DNA from: a virus
Lineage: Duplodnaviria; Heunggongvirae; Uroviricota; Caudoviricetes
Virus record (IMG/VR): IMGVR_UViG_2721755756_000002
DNA: 39,596 bases
Strand: one strand, 5' to 3'
This document shows, one piece after another, positions 17,198 through 26,890 of the stretch. The first letter of the stretch is position 1, and each line of letters opens with the position of its first letter. A model generated the notes under the pieces. It was not told the DNA's origin. It saw only the letters and a program-made list of their open reading frames with translations, and made no database searches. Both the position numbers and the translations under genes were made by a program.

Positions 17198-17706
17198 TGT
17201 CTGTAATCAAAAGACACTTTCAAGTCAATTTGAAAGGTATGAAGCTCATGCAGAAGAAAATTGATAATCTGCAAAATGCTATGCCGCAACTTGGTCAGAG
17301 ATTCATAGAAATGTCACTTGATTATCTTTATGAGAGAGCCGCTTTTTACATTGAATCTTCTACTGGTAACGGTGGATATGAGCCAACTGGTGAGTTATTA
17401 GCCGGTTTGAAAAAGGATTATGAGTTAGGAAAAGTATTTAATGACTGCGTTCATGCGGCATGGGTTGAATATGGTACTGGAATGATTGGCACTGGTACAC
17501 ATCCAAATCCTCCGACCGGTTATCAGTATGATGTCAATGCACATGGTGAACAAGGATGGACATATCTAGGTGATGACGGTAAGTTTTATCATACTCAGGG
17601 ATTAACCGCACACCGGTTTATGTATAACGCTATAACTGATTATCGAATGAACTACAAAAAGATTTTCAGCCAAGCATTTAATGAAGTAGTGGGAGGTGCT
17701 ATCTAA
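17197..17706 (+). CDS. Tail completion/neck protein (HK97 gp10-like)
   Basis: TGEL...AAWVEYGTG...FYHTQGLTAHRFMYNA motifs. Confidence 0.8.
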   Translation: MSVIKRHFQVNLKGMKLMQKKIDNLQNAMPQLGQRFIEMSLDYLYERAAFYIESSTGNGGYEPTGELLAGLKKDYELGKVFNDCVHAAWVEYGTGMIGTGTHPNPPTGYQYDVNAHGEQGWTYLGDDGKFYHTQGLTAHRFMYNAITDYRMNYKKIFSQAFNEVVGGAI

Positions 17707-18116
17707 TGAATCAGAAATACTTTGATATCGTCTTCCAAGGATTGAATGATCATATCATCATGCACAGCGAAATTAAAGCAAAGGTATTAGACAGGCCGAA
17801 CACGGAAATATATCCGAAAATCGTTGTAACTGAAATAACGAATACATCTAAATTAAATCTTGGTAGGATGGAGTCATATTCGTTTTTGGGGTATGAAATA
17901 GGTATTTATGCAAAAAACACAACTATCAATGGAAAGGCTATGGATGCTATGGATATCGCTCGCTATCTGCAAGGTGTAGTGGCTGATTATATGGATTATG
18001 AATTGCATATGAAGCGAGCTATGTCAGACTATAAAGATAACGTTGATAATTCGCTATACTGCATCATTATGCGATATAACGCAAATGGAAGCGACTATCG
18101 AAGTCGCTTCTTTTAA
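17706..18116 (+). CDS. Tail terminator protein
   Basis: YPKIVVTEI motif; position before the tail tube gene. Confidence 0.7.
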   Translation: MNQKYFDIVFQGLNDHIIMHSEIKAKVLDRPNTEIYPKIVVTEITNTSKLNLGRMESYSFLGYEIGIYAKNTTINGKAMDAMDIARYLQGVVADYMDYELHMKRAMSDYKDNVDNSLYCIIMRYNANGSDYRSRFF

Positions 18117-18134
18117 GGAAAGGAGTTCATTATT

Positions 18135-18869
18135 ATGAATGGTTTGGATTTTGGAATTCAAAAAATGACAGAACGCTTTTTTTCAGGAATGGGTTCATGT
18201 CTTTGTTACAAAAATGAAAGTGGTAAATTTTCTGTTCTAGTATTAACAGAAACGGTACCGGCTTTTGCTTCAACACCTGAAGCTATTGAAGCAAAATATA
18301 CTACTTCTGATACAACGACAAAAATCGAGGGTATGAAAACATTGGAGGACAAGGAATTTGAATTTTTTGTTCACCGTGATTCAATCAATCGTTTAGAGAA
18401 ACTTAAAGGGAAAGAATTAGAATTACTGCGTGTTAACGCTGATCTAACTGGTGAACGTGTCAATGGTACATTGTCTTATACTATGTCTGATAGTCAGAAT
18501 GGCGAAGCTCAAAAAGGTAATATCAAGATTACTCCTACGGACTATATTGGTTATGTTGAGAATGTATTACCTCTGGTACAGGCTACTGTCACCTTTAAAA
18601 CACCGATTGATTGGAAATGTGAGTTGGATAAAACGGATGGTACGTATACAAAGGATATCGAATTGAATTTTGCCGAAGGAACATTCACAGCTACAGTAAA
18701 AGATTCAACTATTGCTACAGCTGCTGTTTCAGATAATAAATTGACAATCACAGGTAAGGCAGAAGGCTCTACGATTGTTACCCTGAAAGCTTCTTGTGAA
18801 GGTTATGCATCATGGGAAACTACAATCTTAGTTATCGTTCCAAAGGCAGTCGTAGCACCTGGATCGTAA
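18135..18869 (+). CDS. Major tail (tube) protein with C-terminal Ig-like domain
   Basis: AAGGAG RBS; C-terminal VKDSTIATAAV...LTITGKAEGSTIVT Ig-like fold. Confidence 0.8.
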   Translation: MNGLDFGIQKMTERFFSGMGSCLCYKNESGKFSVLVLTETVPAFASTPEAIEAKYTTSDTTTKIEGMKTLEDKEFEFFVHRDSINRLEKLKGKELELLRVNADLTGERVNGTLSYTMSDSQNGEAQKGNIKITPTDYIGYVENVLPLVQATVTFKTPIDWKCELDKTDGTYTKDIELNFAEGTFTATVKDSTIATAAVSDNKLTITGKAEGSTIVTLKASCEGYASWETTILVIVPKAVVAPGS

Positions 18870-18932
18870 GAATCGAAACAATAGCGCTCGGTCAATGCCG
18901 GGCGCTTGTAATTAAATAGGAGGAAAACAAAA

Positions 18933-19529
18933 ATGAATATTTGGACATATAAGTATAACGGAAAGGACTATCCTTTCAAATTGACTCGTGCCGCTCGAAA
19001 GGCCATCAATGAATTACAGTTTAAAATCTTTGATGAATTGCAGAATCCTGAAATCCTGACAATGGCAGGTGAACTTAGTGAAATCCAGCAGAAACTAAAT
19101 GCTGCTAAAATGGAAGATAACAAGAGTGAAATGGAAGATAACAAGAGTGAAATGGAAGATAACAAGAGTGAAATGGAAGATAACAAGAGTGAAATAGCTC
19201 AGTATGAAGCAGAATTGAATGCTCTTTCTATCAAAATGATGCCACTAATGAAAGACTTTGTTAAGTTGCAGTCGAACGACATTGATCCTGAAGAAATTGC
19301 AGCTATCCTGCTGAAAGAAAATAAAGACCTGAAAGGGGAAATGACGGATCAGTTCATTGATGACATGTTCGATGATATGGTGAACACTCTTGGTATGGAG
19401 AAATTCGATGAAAAGATGGTTGAGATTACCGCTAGAGTTTTTACAGTAATCCAGTTACTGAAAGACAAACTGGAAGCAATCAACACTGTGAAAAAGGAGA
19501 AAACCAAGAATCCTCTGCCGATGTCGTAG
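18933..19529 (+). CDS. Tail assembly chaperone (gpG-like) with MEDNKSE x4 insert
   Basis: AGGAGG RBS; lies between tail tube and tape measure. Confidence 0.75.
   Translation: MNIWTYKYNGKDYPFKLTRAARKAINELQFKIFDELQNPEILTMAGELSEIQQKLNAAKMEDNKSEMEDNKSEMEDNKSEMEDNKSEIAQYEAELNALSIKMMPLMKDFVKLQSNDIDPEEIAAILLKENKDLKGEMTDQFIDDMFDDMVNTLGMEKFDEKMVEITARVFTVIQLLKDKLEAINTVKKEKTKNPLPMS
19110..19195 (+). repeat. Perfect 21-bp tandem repeat x4 (ATGGAAGATAACAAGAGTGAA)
   Basis: Copies at 19110, 19131, 19152 and 19173, in frame. Confidence 0.97.
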
Positions 19530-19564
19530 TTTATAAGAGCTATGAAGAATACTGCTATGCAGTA

Positions 19565-19891
19565 ATGATTCCAATAGCTATCGAAGCAGGTATGCCATTG
19601 GATGAATTTTGGTACGGCGAAGAAGAATTATTCTATTCTTATGTAAAGGCGTATCGTAATCGTGTCAATTACACGTCCTGGATGAATAATCTCTATGCCA
19701 TGAAAGCATTAGAGGTTGTTGTGAATAATCTAATGCCTAACGCTGTAAATATTGGATTTGGTGGCGGAAAAATAACTCCGGTTCAATACTATGAGAAGCC
19801 GATCGACTTTGAGGCTGAAGCAGAGAAGCAGAAACCTGTTACTGAAGAAGACCTTGAATCAGAGTTTAGGCGGAGAATGAGTGTATTTTGA
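19565..19891 (+). CDS. Tail assembly chaperone C-terminal part (gpT-like, probably expressed by -1 frameshift)
   Basis: No RBS before ATG 19565; this -1 frame is open back to 19436; AIEAGMPLDEFW motif. Confidence 0.7.
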   Translation: MIPIAIEAGMPLDEFWYGEEELFYSYVKAYRNRVNYTSWMNNLYAMKALEVVVNNLMPNAVNIGFGGGKITPVQYYEKPIDFEAEAEKQKPVTEEDLESEFRRRMSVF

Positions 19892-19903
19892 TAGAAAGAG
19901 ATA

Positions 19904-19932
19904 TTCAGTATTTCTACTACCTGTGCTATGAT
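19904..19932 (+). promoter_or_regulatory. SigA-type promoter of the tail-module moron
   Basis: TTCAGT, 17-bp spacer, TG-n-TATGAT. Confidence 0.5.
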
Positions 19933-19957
19933 ATTGGTATCTAGGGAGGGAACGGAA

Positions 19958-20965
19958 ATGGAAGCAAAAGAATTAAATAAAATTTATGATGGAGATGAAG
20001 CGATAAAATGTTGTGAATTAGAAGAGCAACTTAATTTTTTTTCTTTACATGAAAACAAAGCAGATGTATTATACTGGTTTCCTAAAACAAATGCTAAATC
20101 ACTGTTGATAACAAAAGACTATATCTATGATTTATCTTATTATAAGAAAACGAGCAGCTTAAATAATTTTATCAAAATTCCTACAAGGAACATTTTACAA
20201 GCTTTTGTAGTAAATACATCTTTCGGTTTTACTCTTTTACTGGATCTGATTTTGAATGCGGAGGGATTTGTTTATTCTTGGCAAATAGGGGCTATTGATA
20301 AATTAGTTTTAGAACAATTGACTTCATATATCAATTGCAATCTTCATAAAGATATATGTGATGAAAAAATAAGTTTTTATCACAATGGCACGTTTAGTTC
20401 ATTAGACCGTAATTCACCATATTTGACAAATGGAGCTGGAAGAAAAGGGGCAATAAAAAAAGCTAAAGTTGAATATGATGAATGGTTCTCTATGTCGTTA
20501 CACGACAAAATACAAGAAGTCAAAAATTGTGGTTTAGCATCTAAACAATGTGATTCTTTAAAAAAATGCCCTCATTGCAGTAAGGAACTTAATTCAGATT
20601 TTAGCTACTGTCCTTTCTGTGGGAAAGCGTTATTAGAACAAGGCGAAGAAGTTAAATCACATACGGTGTATACTGCTCCTGAAGAAAAACAGACTTTCAC
20701 ACCAACGTATAAAGCCCACACAGTCTCTCCTAAAAAACAGTATAAAGCAAACAAAAAGGCTGGAATTGTATCTTGTCCTAAATGCGGTAGTGCTTCTATA
20801 ACAACGACTAATAAGAAAATCTCCTTAGGGAAAGGTATGGCAGGTGCAGCGGTAGGAGCGCTTGTTAATCCGGTAGGAACAGTTGTAGGTGCAGCAGTTG
20901 GCGCTACACACAGTAAAAAAATATACAATGTCTGCATGAACTGTGGGCATAAATGGAAACCATAA
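19958..20965 (+). CDS. Moron: AT-rich protein with two zinc-ribbon motifs and a glycine-zipper-like segment
   Basis: GGGAGG RBS before ATG 19958; CPHC..CPFCG and CPKCGS...CMNCGHKW; own promoter and terminator. Confidence 0.8.
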   Translation: MEAKELNKIYDGDEAIKCCELEEQLNFFSLHENKADVLYWFPKTNAKSLLITKDYIYDLSYYKKTSSLNNFIKIPTRNILQAFVVNTSFGFTLLLDLILNAEGFVYSWQIGAIDKLVLEQLTSYINCNLHKDICDEKISFYHNGTFSSLDRNSPYLTNGAGRKGAIKKAKVEYDEWFSMSLHDKIQEVKNCGLASKQCDSLKKCPHCSKELNSDFSYCPFCGKALLEQGEEVKSHTVYTAPEEKQTFTPTYKAHTVSPKKQYKANKKAGIVSCPKCGSASITTTNKKISLGKGMAGAAVGALVNPVGTVVGAAVGATHSKKIYNVCMNCGHKWKP

Positions 20966-20968
20966 AAT

Positions 20969-20998
20969 AAAAGACCTCATTCGTTGGGGTCTTTTATT
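20969..20998 (+). terminator. Intrinsic terminator after the moron
   Basis: AAAAGACCTC...GGGGTCTTTT hairpin. Confidence 0.65.
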
Positions 20999-21045
20999 TA
21001 CATCCAAGGATGCTGTTATTTTTTATAGAAAGGCAGGTGATATGA

Positions 21046-24000
21046 ATGAGTGAAGAAAATAAAGTCGGATTTGAATTAGAAGTTGAAACCAGAACTGCAC
21101 AAGAAAATTTAAAGGCATTTAATAAAGTACTTGGTGATTATACTAATATGATAGTTAATATGGCTACAAACAGTAAATCTATTAGCAACGTAACAAGAAT
21201 GATAGAAAGGTTAGGAAATATTAGCACTAAGAGAGCACAGGATAATCTTAAAGATATAAGCAAAGTCATGCGAGATATGGATTCTGCTTTCAATACTGAT
21301 ATTTTCAAATTACTATCAGGACAGATTAACACAATGGATTTAGCTGCTAAATCGTTCTTAAAAACTGCTTCCAGATTCAATAAAACAGATATGTCAGGGT
21401 TAGAAAATTTCAATCTTAATCCAATCGTAAAGCAGCTAGATTTGATTAAGAATGCTGATGTATCTGCCTTGGATAAATTTAAAAGCTTATCAAGCTCCGT
21501 TAATGAAATCACATCAGGAATGAAACGATTGAATGATATGGAGATATCTACAGCCACAAATAATGGTCTTACTACTAAAATGAGTAAGATTACTGAAATG
21601 GTTACTCAATTCACAACCGCTTTTGAAAACGTTAAAACCGAAGGTGTGAGCGCTATTGTCAAAGCTTTAACTGAGCTTCCCAAGGCTATGCAGGCTATGG
21701 AAAAGCTTGACCATAGCAAGGTTGGCCAATCATTCGACACATTAACTCAGAAACTTCACAAATTCTTGGCTGAATTAAGAGAGAGTTCTTCTGAGATTCA
21801 TGCGTTTTCAAACATTGTATCTACACTCGGCAAGGGAACGAATACCAACCCTTTAACTAGTGGATTGCGAAATGTACAGCGTGAAATAAAAAATACCGGT
21901 ACTGAGAGTGATAAAACAAATAGAAAATTGAGTAATATGCTTTCATTTGGGAAGGTCTATGCTTTTTACAACCAACTTCGCCATTATGGTACTGGTTTCG
22001 CTAACATGCTGAATAAAGCTATAGATTTCACTGAGATTGAGAACTACTTCAGCCGTGCAATGGGAAATATGCGTAGTGAGGCTATGAAGTTCCAGAATCA
22101 GCTATCTGACATGTACGGACTAGCAATGCCATCTATGATGCAGGCTCAGGCTACTTTTAAAAATCAGCTTGGGGCGCTTGGTGATTTGTCTGAAGATATG
22201 TCATATATGCTGTCTGAGCGATTAACAAAAATGTCTCTTGACTATGCATCGTTGTATAATGTTTCTGTTGACTCTGCTGTTACAAAGTTTCAGGCTGCTC
22301 TGAGTAAGCAAGTAAGACCTATACGCAGTCAATCTGGCTATGATATAACACAAAGTGTACTAGGTGGAACGCTCGAAAGCATAGGAATCTATGACAGGCA
22401 GATACGTGATTTGAGTGAAGTAGAAAAACGTTTAATTATCATCCTTACGTTACAGCAGCAAATGGCTCGATCAGCAGCAATGGGGGATTTTGCCAGGACT
22501 ATCGAGCAGCCGGCAAACCAGCTTAAAATACTACAGCAGCAGATTGCCGAAGTAGGCCGTTGGATATCTGCTGTTTTTTATGGCGTGATTGGAAAGGTTT
22601 TACCGTATATTAACGGTTTTGTGATGGCGATAAAGTCATTGATTCAAATGTTTGCTTCATTCCTCGGCTATGAACTGCCTGATTCATCCGGATCTACAGG
22701 CAGTATTTTGGACAGCATGGATGATTCGCTCGGTGGCGTATCTGATGGCATGGATGATGTAAATGCAGGTATTGACGATGCCAATAAAGGATTAGATAGC
22801 GCAAAGAAAAAGACTAAGGAATGGAAGAATTTTCTTGCAGGTTTTGATGTTGCGAATGTAATCCCCGATCAAAGTACTGATGATTCTTCTTCAGGATCTG
22901 GTGGTGGAGGTTCAGGCGCTGGTGGTATGTCTATTGATCCACGATTATTAAAAGCGTTACAGGATATGGATTATATATTTGACAATATTAGAATGAAAGC
23001 TATGGACATTCGTGACCGGCTGCTTGAATGGGCGAGTATTCTTGGTAAGGTGGTTGATGATAATATCTTTGAACCTATCCGCAATAGTTGGAATAAATAT
23101 GGTTCTGGTATATTGAAGAACATTACTGAAACCAGAGATAACATTGTGCATATTTTAGGCGGGGTTTTTGATGTTGTAGCAAAGAAATGGAAACCATTTT
23201 TTCAGGCTGCATCTGATTTGTTCTTTAGCCTACTAGATACAGCTTCACTCGTTACAGATACGATATCGACATTCTTCCGACATGTATGGGATTCTGGCGG
23301 AAAGTATTTATTTGAATCATTGTGGGATTTAGCTACAGCGTTTTTGGAATTAGCAACTAGTATAAATGATAATTTTGTTAAACCAGTAGTAAACTGGTTT
23401 AAAAGAAGTATTGCACCAGTATTCGGTGATCTTGTTGGCACTATTCTTAAAGGCGCAGGGAAAATTGTAAAAGGTTTTGCAAACGTTATAACATGGATAG
23501 CAAAATGTAAGCCAGTTGTTATAACTCTCGGCTCTGTTTTTACAGCTATGTTCTTAGCTATTAAAATTGGTAAACTCTTAGAATTTGTATCGGTAATTAA
23601 AAACACAATTACATCATGTGGTGGATTAACCGCCATGATAAGGACTGTTATATCGAATTTTGTTAGCAATAATAAAGCAATATCTACTTCATTATCTGCT
23701 TTTGGAACTCTTAATGCTGCGTTATCAAATACCAGAGCGTGGATGTCTTTATCAACATTTATAACAGGAGCAGCCACAAAACTGCAACTATTTGGTACAC
23801 AGCTATTAGCTTCAAATACAATGGCAGGAACATTAGCAGGTACAGTTTTAAGCAAACTTGGCGCAGCTTTGACTTGGCTTGCAGCAAATCCAGTAGTGGC
23901 TGTAGTGGCAGGTTTAACTGCTGTAATAGCGGCCGTCGCTTTACTTGGTTCAACTCAAAAAGAGAAGAAGTATGAAATGGATGATTATTCCAAATCTGTA

Positions 24001-25830
24001 CAGGATCAGATTAATGCTCTTGATGAATTGAAAAAGTCTATGGATGATGCTAAAGCTTCAACAGATAAAGAAATTTCTTCAAAGATGGCTGAATACAAAC
24101 GACTTGAACAAAACGTAGATATATTGCGCCGTATGGCTGGAGAAACAGGCTATGTGGATAGTATCGAGCAAGCTAAGCAAAAAGTAGAAGCTATCAATAA
24201 GGAACTTCCGGGAACAGTAAAACTGACTAAAGAAGGACGTATTGAATGGCTGAAAACACCTGATGCTATTCAGAAGAATATTGATAAGCTTAAGGAAAAG
24301 GCCAGACAAGAAGCATATGAGAAGCTCTATGTTCAGTATATCCAAGCTCAGATTGAAGCAGAAGCAAAACAGGCTGAATCAAGGGATAAGTTGAATAAAT
24401 TAAGTGAACGTAAACTTGAATTGTCTAAGCAGATTCAACAGGCAGCAGCTGATGGTGACAGTGAAAAACTTGGGAAATTGAGTGATGATTTAAACCAAGT
24501 GAATGCTGATTTAGATGGAACTGAAAAAGCTCTAAAAAAAGCGAATGATGCTGTAGATGCCGCAAAGAAAAAGCAAGATGGTCTTGATAAGACCTTAGGA
24601 AATGTTTCCTCTTCTACAAATGGACTCACTGAGGAACTTGGTAAATTCTACGCACAGTTTGGTTTGAGTGATAAAAAAGCGGCTGAGTTTGAAAAACTTG
24701 CTACTAAGATGAAAGAAACCAATAAAGTAATGGATTCTTGTATGAAGGATGGCAAGGTAATAAACAAGAAAGAGTATGACGATACAAAAAAGACACGGCA
24801 AAAGCTTGTTAAGGAATATGCAGAGAAAGCAAAAAAGTATAAGTTATCATCTAAAGATATCATTGATATTGCTAAAAAGAATGGTGTTAATTTATCCAAA
24901 GAAGAATTAGAGCAAGCTAGAAATTCTTTAAAGAATGCAGAGCAATCAAAGAAAGATATTACTAAGGTCAAAAAGCAGCAGAACGCAGAGCTGTTATCGC
25001 TGTTAGACAAACTTGGCATTGACAAGGATTCTAAGCTGGGTAAACAGTATCAGGCTGAACTGAAAAAAGCGCAGGAAAATGGTACGAAATCCGGTGAGGA
25101 CTATATCAAGAATATCAAAAAGGGAATCAGCAATGGTGATATATCTCCAGATGCTCAGGCACAATGGAATAAAGGTCAGAAGATTTTCGATAATCCATTG
25201 ACTGTTCTTGCTAAAGTTATGGGTGCTGATTCTGCGGGTAATAATGCATGGCAAACAATGAACAGGATACTGTCAAAAACAATATGGGGTAAAGCTGAGA
25301 TTGGTAATAAATCCAATGCTGCATGGGATGCATATAATTGGTTTGATAGTTGGTTCAAGGCAGGATCACACACAATATGGGGGCAGTCAGCACTTGGAAA
25401 TAAATCTAATGCAGCAAATGAAGCTCTTGAATGGTTCCAACAATATTTTAGGAAGCACCCTATTGAAGCAACCCTTTCTATTGTTTCCGGATCAATAGAT
25501 TTAGCACTTGGAAAAGTCACAGGTTGGATGCAAAAAAAGGCTGAAGGTGGATTTGTTGATACAGGACAAATGTTTATTGCTCGTGAAGCGGGACCGGAGC
25601 TTGTCGGTACTATGGGTGGGCGTACAGCCGTTGCAAATAACGATCAGATTACATCCGGTATCTACAGGGCGGTTCTGCAAGCTTTACGTGACGGTGGTGG
25701 ATTCCAAGGCCGTGGAGGTGACTTATACATCACTATTCAGAATGAAGATGGTTCTAAGACCACTAAAATCATTAAGGACTACAAAAAACAAATGATATTT
25801 TCCGGAGGTAAAGGAGGAGTGCCAGTATGA
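21046..25830 (+). CDS. Tape measure protein
   Basis: 1594 aa, helical and Ala/Ser-rich; C-terminal AEGGFV...FIAREAGPELVG...TAVANNDQI motif. Confidence 0.95.
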   Translation: MSEENKVGFELEVETRTAQENLKAFNKVLGDYTNMIVNMATNSKSISNVTRMIERLGNISTKRAQDNLKDISKVMRDMDSAFNTDIFKLLSGQINTMDLAAKSFLKTASRFNKTDMSGLENFNLNPIVKQLDLIKNADVSALDKFKSLSSSVNEITSGMKRLNDMEISTATNNGLTTKMSKITEMVTQFTTAFENVKTEGVSAIVKALTELPKAMQAMEKLDHSKVGQSFDTLTQKLHKFLAELRESSSEIHAFSNIVSTLGKGTNTNPLTSGLRNVQREIKNTGTESDKTNRKLSNMLSFGKVYAFYNQLRHYGTGFANMLNKAIDFTEIENYFSRAMGNMRSEAMKFQNQLSDMYGLAMPSMMQAQATFKNQLGALGDLSEDMSYMLSERLTKMSLDYASLYNVSVDSAVTKFQAALSKQVRPIRSQSGYDITQSVLGGTLESIGIYDRQIRDLSEVEKRLIIILTLQQQMARSAAMGDFARTIEQPANQLKILQQQIAEVGRWISAVFYGVIGKVLPYINGFVMAIKSLIQMFASFLGYELPDSSGSTGSILDSMDDSLGGVSDGMDDVNAGIDDANKGLDSAKKKTKEWKNFLAGFDVANVIPDQSTDDSSSGSGGGGSGAGGMSIDPRLLKALQDMDYIFDNIRMKAMDIRDRLLEWASILGKVVDDNIFEPIRNSWNKYGSGILKNITETRDNIVHILGGVFDVVAKKWKPFFQAASDLFFSLLDTASLVTDTISTFFRHVWDSGGKYLFESLWDLATAFLELATSINDNFVKPVVNWFKRSIAPVFGDLVGTILKGAGKIVKGFANVITWIAKCKPVVITLGSVFTAMFLAIKIGKLLEFVSVIKNTITSCGGLTAMIRTVISNFVSNNKAISTSLSAFGTLNAALSNTRAWMSLSTFITGAATKLQLFGTQLLASNTMAGTLAGTVLSKLGAALTWLAANPVVAVVAGLTAVIAAVALLGSTQKEKKYEMDDYSKSVQDQINALDELKKSMDDAKASTDKEISSKMAEYKRLEQNVDILRRMAGETGYVDSIEQAKQKVEAINKELPGTVKLTKEGRIEWLKTPDAIQKNIDKLKEKARQEAYEKLYVQYIQAQIEAEAKQAESRDKLNKLSERKLELSKQIQQAAADGDSEKLGKLSDDLNQVNADLDGTEKALKKANDAVDAAKKKQDGLDKTLGNVSSSTNGLTEELGKFYAQFGLSDKKAAEFEKLATKMKETNKVMDSCMKDGKVINKKEYDDTKKTRQKLVKEYAEKAKKYKLSSKDIIDIAKKNGVNLSKEELEQARNSLKNAEQSKKDITKVKKQQNAELLSLLDKLGIDKDSKLGKQYQAELKKAQENGTKSGEDYIKNIKKGISNGDISPDAQAQWNKGQKIFDNPLTVLAKVMGADSAGNNAWQTMNRILSKTIWGKAEIGNKSNAAWDAYNWFDSWFKAGSHTIWGQSALGNKSNAANEALEWFQQYFRKHPIEATLSIVSGSIDLALGKVTGWMQKKAEGGFVDTGQMFIAREAGPELVGTMGGRTAVANNDQITSGIYRAVLQALRDGGGFQGRGGDLYITIQNEDGSKTTKIIKDYKKQMIFSGGKGGVPV

Positions 25831-26198
25831 TAAAGACAGTTGTTCCTATTCTGTATCTTGGCGGTGTTAAAGTCAAAGACCCTTCCAGTATTACGATTCA
25901 GCGTAATAAGCTATGGTCGCAAGGCTCTGGACGGTCACGCAGTGGTAATTTCTGTGGTAAAGTGCAGGCACTCAAATACCGTATTGATGTGCAGTGGTCA
26001 TGGCTGACGGAGGCTGAAGCTGCTCAAATTTGCGCTTTACTTGAACCAGATTATATCGACGTGAAATTCCGTGATCCTAAAACAAAACAAATGAAAACGA
26101 TTCGTGCATATGCCGGCGATGAAGTTTACAGCGTGTACAGTTATGCTATTGAAAAGGCAGTCTATGAAGGGCTGCCTATTTCTTTGGTTGAGAAATAA
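25827..26198 (+). CDS. Distal tail (Dit-like) protein
   Basis: Directly after the tape measure gene; SGRSRSGNF...K.RIDVQWSWLT motif. Confidence 0.7.
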   Translation: MIKTVVPILYLGGVKVKDPSSITIQRNKLWSQGSGRSRSGNFCGKVQALKYRIDVQWSWLTEAEAAQICALLEPDYIDVKFRDPKTKQMKTIRAYAGDEVYSVYSYAIEKAVYEGLPISLVEK

Positions 26199-26213
26199 GG
26201 AAGGGGTGTCATT

Positions 26214-26480
26214 ATGACAACAACGATTACAGAAAAAGAAGAAGTGAGAAAGACATTGAAATCTGAATCTAAGAATACTGATGGTGTTACTGTGGTGACT
26301 ATGGAAGCATCCGTGACAAATATGGATTATAACACAATCAGTTATCATGTAAATATCGTGAATATTGCTGAATATGCAAAAGATAAGGTGAAGTATGATA
26401 CTGATATCGCAGCTTTTAAGAAGCGTTACGATGAGGCTGTTAACGAGCTTGTAGTAACCACAGAAGGGAGTGCTGAATAA
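26214..26480 (+). CDS. Hypothetical tail-region protein
   Basis: AAGGGGTG RBS; in operon. Confidence 0.7.
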   Translation: MTTTITEKEEVRKTLKSESKNTDGVTVVTMEASVTNMDYNTISYHVNIVNIAEYAKDKVKYDTDIAAFKKRYDEAVNELVVTTEGSAE

Positions 26481-26872
26481 TGAAGTTAAGAAGTGGCGAG
26501 CTTATTATGCTTATGAATGGGTTGTCAAACGTGCAGACTGCAATCAGTCCTAAGGTCAATTATAATGTGAGTCGTAACAAGAAAATTCTTATGGATGAAA
26601 TCAAAGAATATCAGGATGAAATCACAAAGTTGCAGAAGAAACACTGTAAACTTGATAAAAATGGTGAACTGGTAACAAAAGAAAAAAGTAATGAAATCAC
26701 ATTTAAGAGCAAGGAAGATAAAACGGCTCTAACTACTGCAATCAATGAAATCAATAATACAGAGTGCGAATTGCCAATCAGGATGATCAAGCTTGATGAT
26801 ATCTCTGTGTCTATTTCTCAGGCTGAAATGGATGCTTTAGAATTTATGATTGAAGAAGAATCTGATAAATAA
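26480..26872 (+). CDS. Hypothetical tail-region protein (DUF1617-like helical)
   Basis: NYNVSRNKK..L pattern; in operon. Confidence 0.65.
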   Translation: MKLRSGELIMLMNGLSNVQTAISPKVNYNVSRNKKILMDEIKEYQDEITKLQKKHCKLDKNGELVTKEKSNEITFKSKEDKTALTTAINEINNTECELPIRMIKLDDISVSISQAEMDALEFMIEEESDK

Positions 26873-26890
26873 GAGAGCGAGGTGGTGTAA

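Noticed and set aside
19110-19195. Possible CRISPR array
   Set aside because: The repeats are contiguous with no spacers and lie in frame within a CDS.
21138-25795. Numerous antisense and alternative-frame ORFs within the tape measure, portal, capsid and fibre genes
   Set aside because: Shadow ORFs of long coding sequences, with no RBS or recognisable motifs.
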